Source: an uncultured Gammaproteobacteria bacterium (GTDB taxonomy: Bacteria; Patescibacteriota; Patescibacteriia; UBA1558; 2-01-FULL-52-15). Taken from it: a stretch of 64,000 bases of DNA. The position numbers were made by a program, and so were the translations under genes. Below the pieces are notes generated by a model. That model saw only the letters and a program-made list of their open reading frames with translations, made no database searches and was not told the origin of the DNA. Shown here one piece after another: positions 9,033-18,039 of this stretch. The stretch is taken from NCBI GenBank assembly GCA_964540995.1, contig CAZIOU010000001.1:6742-70741 (forward strand), given 5' to 3'. Within the stretch, counting starts at the first letter, position 1, and every line of letters begins with the position of its first letter.

Positions 9033-10616
9033 ATGGAAGCCACACCACGACCCAAACCATTGGTACTCATTATTTTGGATGGATGGGGGATTGCACCTCC
9101 GTCTCGTGCCAATGCTATCTCGCTAGCCAAGACACCCAACATGGATGCTTATATGAACAAGTATCCGACGATGTCACTGCAAGCCGGAGGAGAATCAGTC
9201 GGACTGGCGTGGGGTGAGATGGGTAATTCGGAAGTTGGTCACTTGAGTATTGGTTCTGGACGCATCCTGTACCAGAGTTTACCGCGTATTACCCGTGCTA
9301 TCTATGATCGTAGCTTTTTCACCAATCCAGCCTTCTCGGCTGCTTGTGAACAGGTCAAGAAGAATAAGAAGAAATTGCATCTGATAGGTTTGGTTAGTTC
9401 TGGTGGTGTGCATAGCTTCAACGAACATTTATATGCCTTGTTAGAATTAGCGGCCGAGCAGAAGATTGATCAAGTCTATATTCATGCCTTCCTTGATGGA
9501 CGCGATACTCCTTATAATAGCGGCAGTAATTTCATCGCCAAATTGAAAGATAAAATCAAACAAATCGGTGTCGGCAAGATCGCTACTTTGTCCGGACGTT
9601 TCTATGCTATGGATCGTGACAATCATTGGGAGCGTGTGGAGCAAGCTTATAAAGCGATGGTCAATGGTGAGTCAGCTATTCAAGCCGAGGATCCACTGGC
9701 AGCGATTGAAGCTTCTTATGCTAAGCAAATCTATGACGAGCAGTTAGAGCCGACGGTCATGACTGAGAAAGGTGTCCCCGTGGCCAAAATTGAAGCTGGC
9801 GATGCTATCATATGTTTTAATTTCCGCGCTGATCGGGTACGACAGATTACTAAGGCCTTTGTCCTGCCGGGATTTGATAAATTTCCTCGCACCTACATGC
9901 GGGACCTGGTCTATATCACCATGACCGAGTACGAGAAAGATTTGCCAGTGCAGGTAGCTTTCCCGCCGGAGAAGGTAGAGACGCCAGTAGCCAAAGTTGT
10001 CAGCGAAGCGGGCTTGAAGCAAATGCATATTGCCGAGACAGAGAAGTATGCTCACGTGACCTATTTCTTTAACGGCGGACAGGAGAAGACCTTCCCCGGA
10101 GAAGATCATGTCTTGATACCGTCGCTCAAGGTTTCTTCCTATGATCAGAAGCCGGCCATGAGTGCGCGGGAGATAACCAACCGAGTGATACAGGAGATTC
10201 GCGAAGTCAAATACGATTTCATTGTTATCAATTTTGCTAACCCTGACATGGTAGCGCATACCGGCAACTTACAAGCCACGATCGAAGCTTGTGAAATTAC
10301 TGATGATTGTATTGGTAAGATTACCGATGTCGTCTTATCGTATGATGGTGCCGTTATCGTTACGGCTGATCACGGTAATGCCGAAGGATTGTTTAATTTA
10401 CAAACCGGTGAGATCGATAAAGAGCATAGCAATACACCGGTGCCTTGTATCTTCATCGGTCGCCAATGGGAAGGTAAGAACGTGGCTGGCGGTGTGACTG
10501 GTACCGATCTTTCTAGTATGGTTTCTTCGGGGGTCTTATCAGATGTCGGCCCGACCGTCGTCAAAATATTAGGCCTCAAGAAGCCGACGGAGATGACGGG
10601 AGTCCCGCTAATATGA
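9033..10616 (+). CDS. gpmI: 2,3-bisphosphoglycerate-independent phosphoglycerate mutase (copy 2, tandem paralog)
   Basis: LVLIILDGWGIAPP, GNSEVGHLSIGSGR, DGRD, AHVTYFFNGG, ADHGNAE. All catalytic motifs retained. Confidence 0.9.
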   Translation: MEATPRPKPLVLIILDGWGIAPPSRANAISLAKTPNMDAYMNKYPTMSLQAGGESVGLAWGEMGNSEVGHLSIGSGRILYQSLPRITRAIYDRSFFTNPAFSAACEQVKKNKKKLHLIGLVSSGGVHSFNEHLYALLELAAEQKIDQVYIHAFLDGRDTPYNSGSNFIAKLKDKIKQIGVGKIATLSGRFYAMDRDNHWERVEQAYKAMVNGESAIQAEDPLAAIEASYAKQIYDEQLEPTVMTEKGVPVAKIEAGDAIICFNFRADRVRQITKAFVLPGFDKFPRTYMRDLVYITMTEYEKDLPVQVAFPPEKVETPVAKVVSEAGLKQMHIAETEKYAHVTYFFNGGQEKTFPGEDHVLIPSLKVSSYDQKPAMSAREITNRVIQEIREVKYDFIVINFANPDMVAHTGNLQATIEACEITDDCIGKITDVVLSYDGAVIVTADHGNAEGLFNLQTGEIDKEHSNTPVPCIFIGRQWEGKNVAGGVTGTDLSSMVSSGVLSDVGPTVVKILGLKKPTEMTGVPLI

Positions 10617-10747
10617 TTAGCGAAGTTTCAATACCCAATATCCAATTTCCAAACAATATTCAAGTATCAATATTTAAACGTTGATTATTTTTTTAATTAA
10701 ATATTGTTTGGCACTTGTAGCTTGAATATTGATTATTTCCTCACACT

Positions 10748-11602
10748 ATGCCCGAATTACCTGAAGTAGAAACTATTCGCCGTGGTCTCCAGACGATCTG
10801 CCACAAGCGGATCGATACCGTCCAAGTCTTGGTGCCAAGTATTGTCAAACCCAAAGGTTTGGCTTCTTTACTTGTGGGTCATTCGGCCAGTTCGCTTGAG
10901 CGACGAGGTAAATTATTAATTGCGCATCTTTCCAATCATACTGTTCTGTTGATCCACCTCAAGATGACAGGACAATTGGTCTATCGTCCCGAGAAAGGTA
11001 AGTTGATCGTGGGAGGTCATCCGATCGATAACGTCACCGAAGTTCCTAATCGGTTCACCCATATCATCGTTCATTTCGTCGATGGTTCTTCTTTGTATTT
11101 CAATGACGTGCGGCGGTTTGGCTATTGGCGTTTGATACAGCCAGAAGATTTACCGACCATTATTGCCGATTATGGACCGGAGCCGTTAGAACGATCGCTG
11201 ACCAATACCTTGTGGCTGGATTTACTCCGTCATCGGGAGAAATGGCTAATCAAGAAATTCCTACTCGATCAGACGGTGATCGCTGGCATTGGTAATATTT
11301 ACGCTGATGAAGCTTGTTTCCTGACGGGCATCAGGCCGGACAGGACGATCAAGAGCTTGAAGCCGAAGGAACGGTTAGCCTTATTAGCTAGTATTCGCCT
11401 AGTTCTGCGTAAGTCGATCAAGCACGGTGGTACCAGCTTCAATAATTACGTTCAAGTGCAGGGCGTCCCAGGAAATTTCAGTAAATTGCTCATGGTGTAT
11501 GGTCGCAAGGGAGAGTTGTGTAGAAAATGCCAAAAAGAACGAATCACGAAGATTCGTCTTGTTGGTCGGGGGACACATTTTTGTCCGGGATGTCAGAAGT
11601 AG
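10748..11602 (+). CDS. mutM: formamidopyrimidine-DNA glycosylase
   Basis: MPELPEVETIRRGL N-terminus (catalytic Pro2/Glu3) and a C-terminal zinc finger CRKCQ...CPGCQK. Confidence 0.9.
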   Translation: MPELPEVETIRRGLQTICHKRIDTVQVLVPSIVKPKGLASLLVGHSASSLERRGKLLIAHLSNHTVLLIHLKMTGQLVYRPEKGKLIVGGHPIDNVTEVPNRFTHIIVHFVDGSSLYFNDVRRFGYWRLIQPEDLPTIIADYGPEPLERSLTNTLWLDLLRHREKWLIKKFLLDQTVIAGIGNIYADEACFLTGIRPDRTIKSLKPKERLALLASIRLVLRKSIKHGGTSFNNYVQVQGVPGNFSKLLMVYGRKGELCRKCQKERITKIRLVGRGTHFCPGCQK

Positions 11603-11607
11603 GGAAG

Positions 11608-11692
11608 GGGAGCTATCCGCGATCCGGACTCCGAGTTCCGGATACCGATTTCCGAGCACCAAGTGACGAGCTCCGAGTACCGGCTATATCCA
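11608..11692. repeat. GC-rich imperfectly palindromic intergenic element (family copy 1)
   Basis: ccggactccgagttccggataccgatttccgagcaccaagtgacgagctccgagtacc. Near-identical to the reverse complement of the copy at 18998-19114. Confidence 0.7.
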
Positions 11693-12115
11693 CGGCAAGA
11701 AATACACCACTGAATAGGTCAACGCTATCCCAGCAACGGTCCCTACAATCACCTGCGCCGGTGTATGACCCAAACGCTCTGTCAGCACCGGATATTTATA
11801 TTCTTCAGCGTCTGGTAACTCTTTGACTAAGCGGTTAATCATGCGAGCGTGCACTCCGAGCTGACGGCGGAAACCACTGGCGTCACGGATGATCACGATG
11901 AAGAGGACAAAAGCTACGGCCAGCGCAGCATCACCTAATCCTTGATCAAGGTAGAGGAGTGTGACTAATGAAGAGGCCAAGGCAGAATGAGCCGAAGGCA
12001 TGCCACCGTATTCATTCAAATGTTCCCAAGAGAAATTACCACGGAAGAACTCCAGCAGCAGTTTGGCTAGCTGGACGACGACCATGATCCCGAAAGGTAA
12101 TAGTAATAGACGCAT
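11684..12115 (-). CDS. divergent PAP2-family (DUF212/PF02681-like) membrane phosphatase
   Basis: GGMPSAHSA motif, characteristic of the divergent PAP2 / acid phosphatase-vanadium haloperoxidase-related family; 143-aa membrane protein. Confidence 0.55.
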   Translation of the reverse strand: MRLLLLPFGIMVVVQLAKLLLEFFRGNFSWEHLNEYGGMPSAHSALASSLVTLLYLDQGLGDAALAVAFVLFIVIIRDASGFRRQLGVHARMINRLVKELPDAEEYKYPVLTERLGHTPAQVIVGTVAGIALTYSVVYFLPWI

Positions 12116-12165
12116 AGGTTAAGGTTAGGTATAATTGGTAAGCCTGTTAATTATAACATATTTAC

Positions 12166-12921
12166 ATGAATTCATTTTTTCAATATGCGATTCTAGGCAT
12201 AGTTCAGGGTATAACTGAATGGTTGCCTATATCGAGTGATGGACATCTGGTCTTGGCCCATGCTTGGCTGGGAGTGCCGACCAATCTGGCTTTCGACGTT
12301 TTCTTGCATCTGGGAAGTCTAATTGTTATTTTGATTTATTTCCGTACTGATATTGTGCGTCTGATACGAGCTTTGGGTCGGCCGAGTGAAGTGGCTGATC
12401 GCAATCTCATCGGACGTATTATCGTGGCTACCTTTTTCACCGTTGCGATCGCACTCCTGATCAATCCTTATATGGAGCAACTGCAGACGGTACGCGTAGC
12501 AGCTATATTCTTTATCGTTACCGGTATATTCGTCGGTATGCACAAATTTATCCGCGCTAAGGCTAGCTCCCTGACCTGGGGCAAAACTATTTTCCTCGGT
12601 CTGGCGCAAGGACTGGCGGTATTACCTGGGTTGTCACGGAGCGGCTCCATGCTGGGCTGGGGACTGGCCTTGGGTCTGAAGAAAGAAGAAGCCTTTCGTT
12701 TTACTTTCCTAGCAGCTATCCCGGCTATTGCGGGCGCTTTTTTATTTGAGATACGTCACTTACAAATTCAACCTATTTATTGGGTAGGATTTATTGTCAC
12801 GATTATCGTTGGTTATCTATCGTTGATGGCTCTGGAATTGGTGTTGAAACGTGATCGCCTGTGGATATTCTCCTTGTACACAATAATTTTGGGCGTTGTG
12901 TTGCTATGCTTCGCGCGATAA
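12166..12921 (+). CDS. uppP: undecaprenyl-diphosphate phosphatase
   Basis: GITEWLPISSDGHL motif, polytopic, 251 aa. Confidence 0.9.
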   Translation: MNSFFQYAILGIVQGITEWLPISSDGHLVLAHAWLGVPTNLAFDVFLHLGSLIVILIYFRTDIVRLIRALGRPSEVADRNLIGRIIVATFFTVAIALLINPYMEQLQTVRVAAIFFIVTGIFVGMHKFIRAKASSLTWGKTIFLGLAQGLAVLPGLSRSGSMLGWGLALGLKKEEAFRFTFLAAIPAIAGAFLFEIRHLQIQPIYWVGFIVTIIVGYLSLMALELVLKRDRLWIFSLYTIILGVVLLCFAR

Positions 12922-13913
12922 AAACATTGGCGATCGTCATATTGCTTCTGCTGATAGCAGGAGTGATTTGGTTTGGTTGGGAGTTAGTACGTCCGGCCGC
13001 TTCACCAGCACGAGATATTGGCTTCACGGTCGAGTCAGGTCAGGGAGTGAATCTCATTAGTGCCAATTTACGACGAGCAGGACTTATTCACAGTTCATTC
13101 GTTTTTGAGACCTATATCTGGGCTATCAAGTCGGAGAACAAAGTGATTGCTGGCCGCTATAAGCTATCGAGTGGTATGAATATTCCGCAAGTCACTGCTG
13201 CTCTGATCCGTGGTAGTGTGGCGCAGAATGACAAAGTAACTTTTATCGAAGGTTGGAATCGTAATGATAATGCTGATTATCTGCAGCGTCAGGGTTTCAG
13301 TAGTAAAGAGTATTTGCAACTGACCGCTTCGTCTGTCACCTGGCGCGATGATTATCCCTTGACGCAGGCGATCCCCGATAATGGTAGCTTGGAAGGATTT
13401 CTTTTCCCTGATACCTACGCAGTGACACAAGACACCAAGGTTACCAGTATTATTGATAAACAGTTACAAAATTTTGAATCCAAGCTGACGCCGACGATGA
13501 TCGAGGATATCAGGCATTCTGGTCACACGTTATTCCAAATAGTTACCATGGCTTCAATTTTGGAAAAGGAAGTACCCCAACACGCTGATAAGAAGATGAT
13601 CGCCGATATATTTTGGAAACGGATCAAAGCCAACATTGGTTTGCAGTCTGATGCCACGATTAATTTCATCACCGGTAAGGGCACCACACGTCCCAGCTTA
13701 AATGATCTCAAGATTGATTCACCGTATAATACCTATAAATACAAAGGATTGACCCCTGGGCCTATTAGTAATCCCGGTATTGAAAGTATCCAAGCGGCGC
13801 TATATCCCACAGCCAATCCTTACTACTACTTCCTGACTGATCCGGAGGGAGGAGTGCATTATGCCAAGGATTTGGAAGGGCATAAGCAGAATCGGGCGAA
13901 GTATCTTGAATAA
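12906..13913 (+). CDS. mltG: endolytic murein transglycosylase MltG (YceG-like)
   Basis: N-terminal TM, then a YceG core: LQSDATINFITGKG, SPYNTYKYKGLTPGPISNPG. The tabulated ORF begins at 12861 and overlaps uppP; the Met at 12906 is the more likely start. Confidence 0.8.
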   Translation: MLRAIKTLAIVILLLLIAGVIWFGWELVRPAASPARDIGFTVESGQGVNLISANLRRAGLIHSSFVFETYIWAIKSENKVIAGRYKLSSGMNIPQVTAALIRGSVAQNDKVTFIEGWNRNDNADYLQRQGFSSKEYLQLTASSVTWRDDYPLTQAIPDNGSLEGFLFPDTYAVTQDTKVTSIIDKQLQNFESKLTPTMIEDIRHSGHTLFQIVTMASILEKEVPQHADKKMIADIFWKRIKANIGLQSDATINFITGKGTTRPSLNDLKIDSPYNTYKYKGLTPGPISNPGIESIQAALYPTANPYYYFLTDPEGGVHYAKDLEGHKQNRAKYLE

Positions 13914-14085
13914 GGGTGCTCGGGGCTCGCCTGCCCGACTCGACGCGTCTTCGCGGTCGGGCGGGCGACTCGGTACTCTCGGCCAGAGGCCGATCGGCCT
14001 CTGGCCGAGTTATTAGGGAAGAGGAGAGAGAGCGGGATCCGGAGTCCGGAACCCGGATAGCGGGTAGCGTCCGATTGAGTGTTTC
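13914..14085. repeat. GC-rich palindromic intergenic element (family copy 2; its reverse complement recurs at 23318-23436)
   Basis: ggtgctcggggctcgcctgcccgactcgacgcgtcttcgcggtcgggcgggcgactcggtactctcggccagaggccgatcggcctctggccgag...ggatccggagtccggaacccggatagcgggtagcg. Confidence 0.7.
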
Positions 14086-14121
14086 TGCGCGAGGCGGGGT
14101 CAAAAAATTAAAAAAAAGAAA

Positions 14122-14169
14122 GCGACCATCACGCTTCTTGTCCGCCTTTGGCGGAAGCGTGATGGCCGC
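14122..14169. terminator. bidirectional hairpin terminator between convergent mltG and the FHA gene
   Basis: gcgaccatcacgcttc...ccgcctttggcgg...gaagcgtgatggccgc, a nested hairpin after a poly-A/T tract. Confidence 0.55.
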
Positions 14170-14179
14170 TTGATATTTG

Positions 14180-14488
14180 TCAGGTCTGCACCTGCAACCA
14201 CAGTGTGTACGGCCCCATCTGGACGATGTCATTGGAATAGACGAAGCGGTGCTGGACTCGTTCATCGTTGACGATAACTTCCTCATCACCATTATCTGTG
14301 ACGATGGTGCAGAAACCACTTAGGCCGAAGCGAAACCTGGCTCTTTGGTGAGGAGTTAACTGCTCCAAGTAGATATCGGCCTGAGGAGCTGCACCTACAG
14401 TAACTGTGTCTTGAAGGAAGGTGTAGTCATTGAGCGGAACACCATCAAGCGATATACGAACAGTTAATTTCCTGATATCGTCAGTCAT
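14180..14488 (-). CDS. small FHA-domain protein
   Basis: VTVGAAPQADIYLEQLTPHQRARFRF...TDNGDEEVIVNDERV...NDIVQMGPYTLWL fits the FHA pattern (GR..CDI.L.D..VSR.HA.I...NGT.VNG..V....L..GD.I.IG). Confidence 0.45.
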   Translation of the reverse strand: MTDDIRKLTVRISLDGVPLNDYTFLQDTVTVGAAPQADIYLEQLTPHQRARFRFGLSGFCTIVTDNGDEEVIVNDERVQHRFVYSNDIVQMGPYTLWLQVQT

Positions 14489-14574
14489 GTGGCCTCCTTG
14501 GTAAGGTACGATCTGATTGATTCAGACTAGTATAACACTATAATTCTAGTAATTGTCTAAGTCAAGATCGTGAT

Positions 14575-15033
14575 TTGAGCTTCAATTTGATGGGTGCTAT
14601 AATTGCCACTATGATTGAGTTTAAGAAATATCAGGCACAGTCAGCTGATGGCAGTTCAATGACAGTTACTATTGCCAGTGGCCCAGTAATTATCGAGGAT
14701 GGCAAAGTACTACTCGATCAGCATGGTGACCCTGATATGTGGAAATTTCCAGGCGGCCGGATTCGTGATGATGAGTCGTTGCAACAGACAGCAATGCGTG
14801 AAGTCAAAGAAGAGCTGGGAATTGCTATTGAGATCATATCGGAACCATTTGTTATCACTATCCAGAAAGACCAAGAAACTATTATCTTAGCTCATTATTT
14901 GGCTAAACGCGTGGGAGATATTGTGCCCGGGCGAGATGTGGTTACATGGGCTTGGCATGATGTCGATAATTTGCCAGCTAATTGCGCTCCCAATATCCTG
15001 CCGGTGGTTACTCACTTTAGTAACGAAAAATAA
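14575..15033 (+). CDS. NUDIX hydrolase
   Basis: Nudix box GGRIRDDESLQQTAMREVKEELGI (GX5EX7REVXEEXGI). Confidence 0.75.
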   Translation: MSFNLMGAIIATMIEFKKYQAQSADGSSMTVTIASGPVIIEDGKVLLDQHGDPDMWKFPGGRIRDDESLQQTAMREVKEELGIAIEIISEPFVITIQKDQETIILAHYLAKRVGDIVPGRDVVTWAWHDVDNLPANCAPNILPVVTHFSNEK

Positions 15034-15042
15034 AAAAAGGAC

Positions 15043-15077
15043 CCCGCTATCGAGCATAGCTCAATAGCGGGGTTATT
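15043..15077 (+). terminator. Rho-independent terminator after the NUDIX gene
   Basis: ccccgctat-cgagcatagctca-atagcgggg followed by ttatt. Confidence 0.65.
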
Positions 15078-15970
15078 ATGGACAAACGTATTCCGAAGTC
15101 CGCATTCGGCATTTTCTACGGATGCCGCAAACCGTTGGGCATCGATGCCTTGAGATGTCTCACCGCCCTCGCGATGGCAGTGATTGTCATCTAGGGCAAG
15201 GCTTCGACCGCTCCAAAGGACAACATGCGTTACGGCGGGTGCTGCGAGATCATGGTGTGATCTCCTCCTTCAGCATCATCGTCCGAGTTAGTGCAAATGG
15301 GCCATGGGTGGCACGATTTTGCTCTATCCTGTTGTCATTCGCCCGGGATTTTAGGGAGTCCGGTTCTCCTATGTAGAATTTTTCAAAAGTGCGTAACCTC
15401 TGTCTTCCTTAGACCCTCGAGGTTGAGAAGGGTCGATTACTTTTTTGGCGGTCTTCATATGAAGCTAGAAGACCTTCATGAATCGCACCTCCCTTCGTTT
15501 GTTTCGGTTATGCAAGCCGTTGAGGCTTGCGGTGAGCTTTTCTCTCTTCCATGTGCTCATGCCCAGAGAGTGGAGGCATCGCGCTCCTCTACGCGCGGAT
15601 TTCGTCGGACACTCGAGACCTCCTTTCGGTGGATACCGTTGAGGCTAAATATCAGTCGTCAGTGTGCTAGCAGTAAGCTTTAGTGGCATGGACTCCTGTC
15701 TGAGCCGTGTCGGCTGGTCGGAAAAAGTCTGCACTACTATCGCTTTCTGCTACATGCTTCTAGCTATTCGCCTGAAGCAATATCGGCACCATATCAGATA
15801 TCCTATTTCTTGTCAAGGCTTAGATGACTATTATTGTCAATATTTGGCTAAAGTTAGCCCCTGTATGTCATTGCGAGTCTGTCTCAGACGAAGCAATCTG
15901 TTAATAATGACGGATTGCTTCATCGGATAGCTTCTCGCAAGCGAGTCTCCTACCCTTCGGGGTGGTGCTG

Positions 15971-15998
15971 TTGACTATTAACAACATTGTGGTATACT
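15971..15998 (+). promoter_or_regulatory. sigma70-type promoter for rplJL (TTGACT-16 nt-TGgTATACT, extended -10)
   Basis: ttgactattaacaacattgtggtatact, ~200 nt upstream of the rplJ start; leaves a ~190-nt leader. Confidence 0.5.
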
Positions 15999-16197
15999 CC
16001 TGATACAAATTGAATATTTGCCACAGACAGTGGGTGTCGAGCTCAGCTCGACTCAATATCCTACCGAGGCCAAATCCAGTGATTTCATTGGAAACCTTGC
16101 ATGTCTGCGGCTAAACCGCAGATTTATCGTTATCTGGGGATTGCTACAGAATACTGACTTCCCTAATAACTAATAACCAATAACTAACAATATTCGC

Positions 16198-16719
16198 ATG
16201 CCAAAAAGTAGATCCCAAAAACAAGAAGATTTACAGCTGATCCAGAGTAAGATTGCTGCCAGCCAAGGAGTGGTTTTTACTTCGGACGAAGGTTTGACTG
16301 TCAAAGAAAGCGAAGATTTGCGTAAGAAGTTACGTAGCGAGCAGGCTGGTTATCAAGGTGTCAAGAAGACCTTATTGATGAAAGCTCTGTCCGAAGCTAA
16401 GATCGACGCTGTATTAGAAACCAAAGGTACTGTGGCTGTAGCTTACTCCGAGAATGATGCTGTAGCACCGGCCCGTTTGGTCCGTGCCGCTTCCAAATCC
16501 AACGAAAAGTTAGTTATCCTCGGCGGTATCCTCGAAGGAAGCTTTATTTCCAAAGAAAAAGTTATTGCCTTAGCTGCTCTGCCAAGTCGTCTGGAACTTC
16601 TGGCCAAGACTGTCGGTACCTTGCAAGCGCCGATTTCCGGCTTCGTCAATGTATTGGCTGGTAATGTCCGAGGTTTGGTCAACGTGCTGAACGCAGTCAA
16701 AGACAAAAAGACAGCCTAA
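16198..16719 (+). CDS. rplJ: 50S ribosomal protein L10
   Basis: 173 aa, L10 family (…VVFTSDEGLTVKESEDLRKKLR…). Confidence 0.9.
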   Translation: MPKSRSQKQEDLQLIQSKIAASQGVVFTSDEGLTVKESEDLRKKLRSEQAGYQGVKKTLLMKALSEAKIDAVLETKGTVAVAYSENDAVAPARLVRAASKSNEKLVILGGILEGSFISKEKVIALAALPSRLELLAKTVGTLQAPISGFVNVLAGNVRGLVNVLNAVKDKKTA

Positions 16720-16788
16720 GTCAATTAGTCATTGAATCAATTAATCTATTAGTCAATTAATCAATTAGCCAATTAATCTATTAATATT

Positions 16789-17193
16789 ATGTCCGAAGAA
16801 AAAGTCATTGAAGTCCCGGCTAAGTTTCAATCCATCGTTAGCGAGATTGAAAAGATGTCGGTCCTAGACCTTTCTGAATTAGTGAAAGTTCTAGAAGAGA
16901 AGTTTGGTGTTTCAGCTGCTGCTCCTATGATGATGGGTGCTATGCCAGCTGCTGGTGGTGCTGCCGAAGCTGTTGAAGAGAAATCTTCATTCACGATCGA
17001 GTTAACCGCCGCTGGTGACAACAAGATCGGTGTCATCAAAGCCGTCCGTGAAGCTACTCAACTTGGTTTGAAGGAAGCTAAGGATTTGGTTGATGGTGCT
17101 CCTAAGGTTATCAAGGAAGGTGTCGCTAAGGCTGATGCCGAAGCCATGAAAAAGACTTTGGAAGCTGCCGGTGCTACCGTTACCCTCAAATAA
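16789..17193 (+). CDS. rplL: 50S ribosomal protein L7/L12
   Basis: Ala-rich hinge and a C-terminal [56 protein letters not shown]. Confidence 0.95.
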   Translation: MSEEKVIEVPAKFQSIVSEIEKMSVLDLSELVKVLEEKFGVSAAAPMMMGAMPAAGGAAEAVEEKSSFTIELTAAGDNKIGVIKAVREATQLGLKEAKDLVDGAPKVIKEGVAKADAEAMKKTLEAAGATVTLK

Positions 17194-17216
17194 GGTTCTA
17201 GTTCAATTAATCAAAA

Positions 17217-17248
17217 TACTCTGCCAGTAATGGTGGAGTATTTTTTTG
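17217..17248 (+). terminator. Rho-independent terminator after rplL
   Basis: tactctgccagtaatggtggagta + ttttttt. Confidence 0.7.
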
Positions 17249-17357
17249 TTTGTAGTAAATAGAGAGGCTTTTTCTAGACAGTTGACAGTTATATAGAAAT
17301 ATAGTATAAGAAAAAAGCTTTTTGTACCTAGGTCGTTCCCGAACGAGGAGGTTTGGC

Positions 17358-17699
17358 ATGCACTTTCAGATTTTTTGTATCATGGTAAGTGGGGCGGCAC
17401 TCGATGATAGCGTTCGGAGCTTTCTGTTCTGGCAGGGGCGGAAATTGCTTTTGAGCGGAGATCGTCGACTTACTTTCAAGCATCCCAAATGTGAAGGCGA
17501 GATTCGTTCGGATTACACCCCCGCTTGCATGGGAGCAGTCAGTGGTTTGGTTCTACAGGCAAGTGTCGACTGTGCTAACGGTGTCTCCACTAAGGTGGAA
17601 TACCTCATCAGGGAGCGCGACATCGAAGATCTGGATGAAAGTCGGGGAGGTTACTGGCTTTCATTGAATCAGCAACCTGACAATCCGGAATTTAACTAG
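17358..17699 (+). CDS. hypothetical protein (GC-rich, likely acquired)
   Basis: ATG 7 nt after gaggagg. Followed by the hairpin terminator gccctcgaaac..gtttcgggggc + T-run (17711-17750). The tabulated ORF starts earlier, at 17322. Confidence 0.4.
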   Translation: MHFQIFCIMVSGAALDDSVRSFLFWQGRKLLLSGDRRLTFKHPKCEGEIRSDYTPACMGAVSGLVLQASVDCANGVSTKVEYLIRERDIEDLDESRGGYWLSLNQQPDNPEFN

Positions 17700-18039
17700 T
17701 TGAGCATTGAGCCCTCGAAACATAGTTTCGGGGGCTTTCATTATTTTTTGTTATTGACATTTATCGCCCATCATGATTTAATACTTTTCTCGTTCTTTGG
17801 AACTTGATGACCCATTCATCATACAGTTTGAGCGATCTAACCGATCGCACCTGGCCACGAGGTTCGTGGTAACTTTTGCTACAGGGCGGATATGTCAGCA
17901 TTCAAGGAAGGACACGAAGCAGTAACCCTGATCTACAGTGGTGGTCTGCCTCACGAAGAGGAGTTCGCCACAGTAACCGTTCCTGCGAATCACCACTCGC
18001 AGGAAAACCCTCAACCCGAATTGACGGAGGGACAGGACG

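Noticed and set aside
13916-14173. 85-aa ORF (and similar ORFs 11527-11826, 18906-19088, 23316-23537) lying inside GC-rich repeat elements
   Set aside because: Arg/Gly/Ser-rich translations of palindromic GC-rich DNA. The same sequence occurs in both orientations at other loci, so it cannot encode a conserved protein.
15241-15300. String tgatctcctccttc resembling the 3' end of 16S rRNA (GATCACCTCCTT)
   Set aside because: Only a 10-12-nt similarity with a mismatch. No flanking rRNA-like sequence and no tRNA/23S context. The reverse complement is simply a Shine-Dalgarno-like gaaggagg.
15122-15930. Three overlapping plus-strand ORFs (84, 130, 88 aa) in the region upstream of rplJ
   Set aside because: Mutually overlapping frames, Cys/Arg/His-rich junk-like composition, no RBS. 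A minus-strand SD-ATG at ~15253-15270 opens a frame that stops after 7 codons. I treated the region as non-coding.
15080-16190. tmRNA or RNase P RNA in the rplJ-upstream gap
   Set aside because: No GGTTCGANTCC T-arm or tag ORF for tmRNA. The P4-like gggagtccgg has no downstream CCGGCTT partner within 400 nt. I left it as an unassigned candidate RNA rather than naming it.
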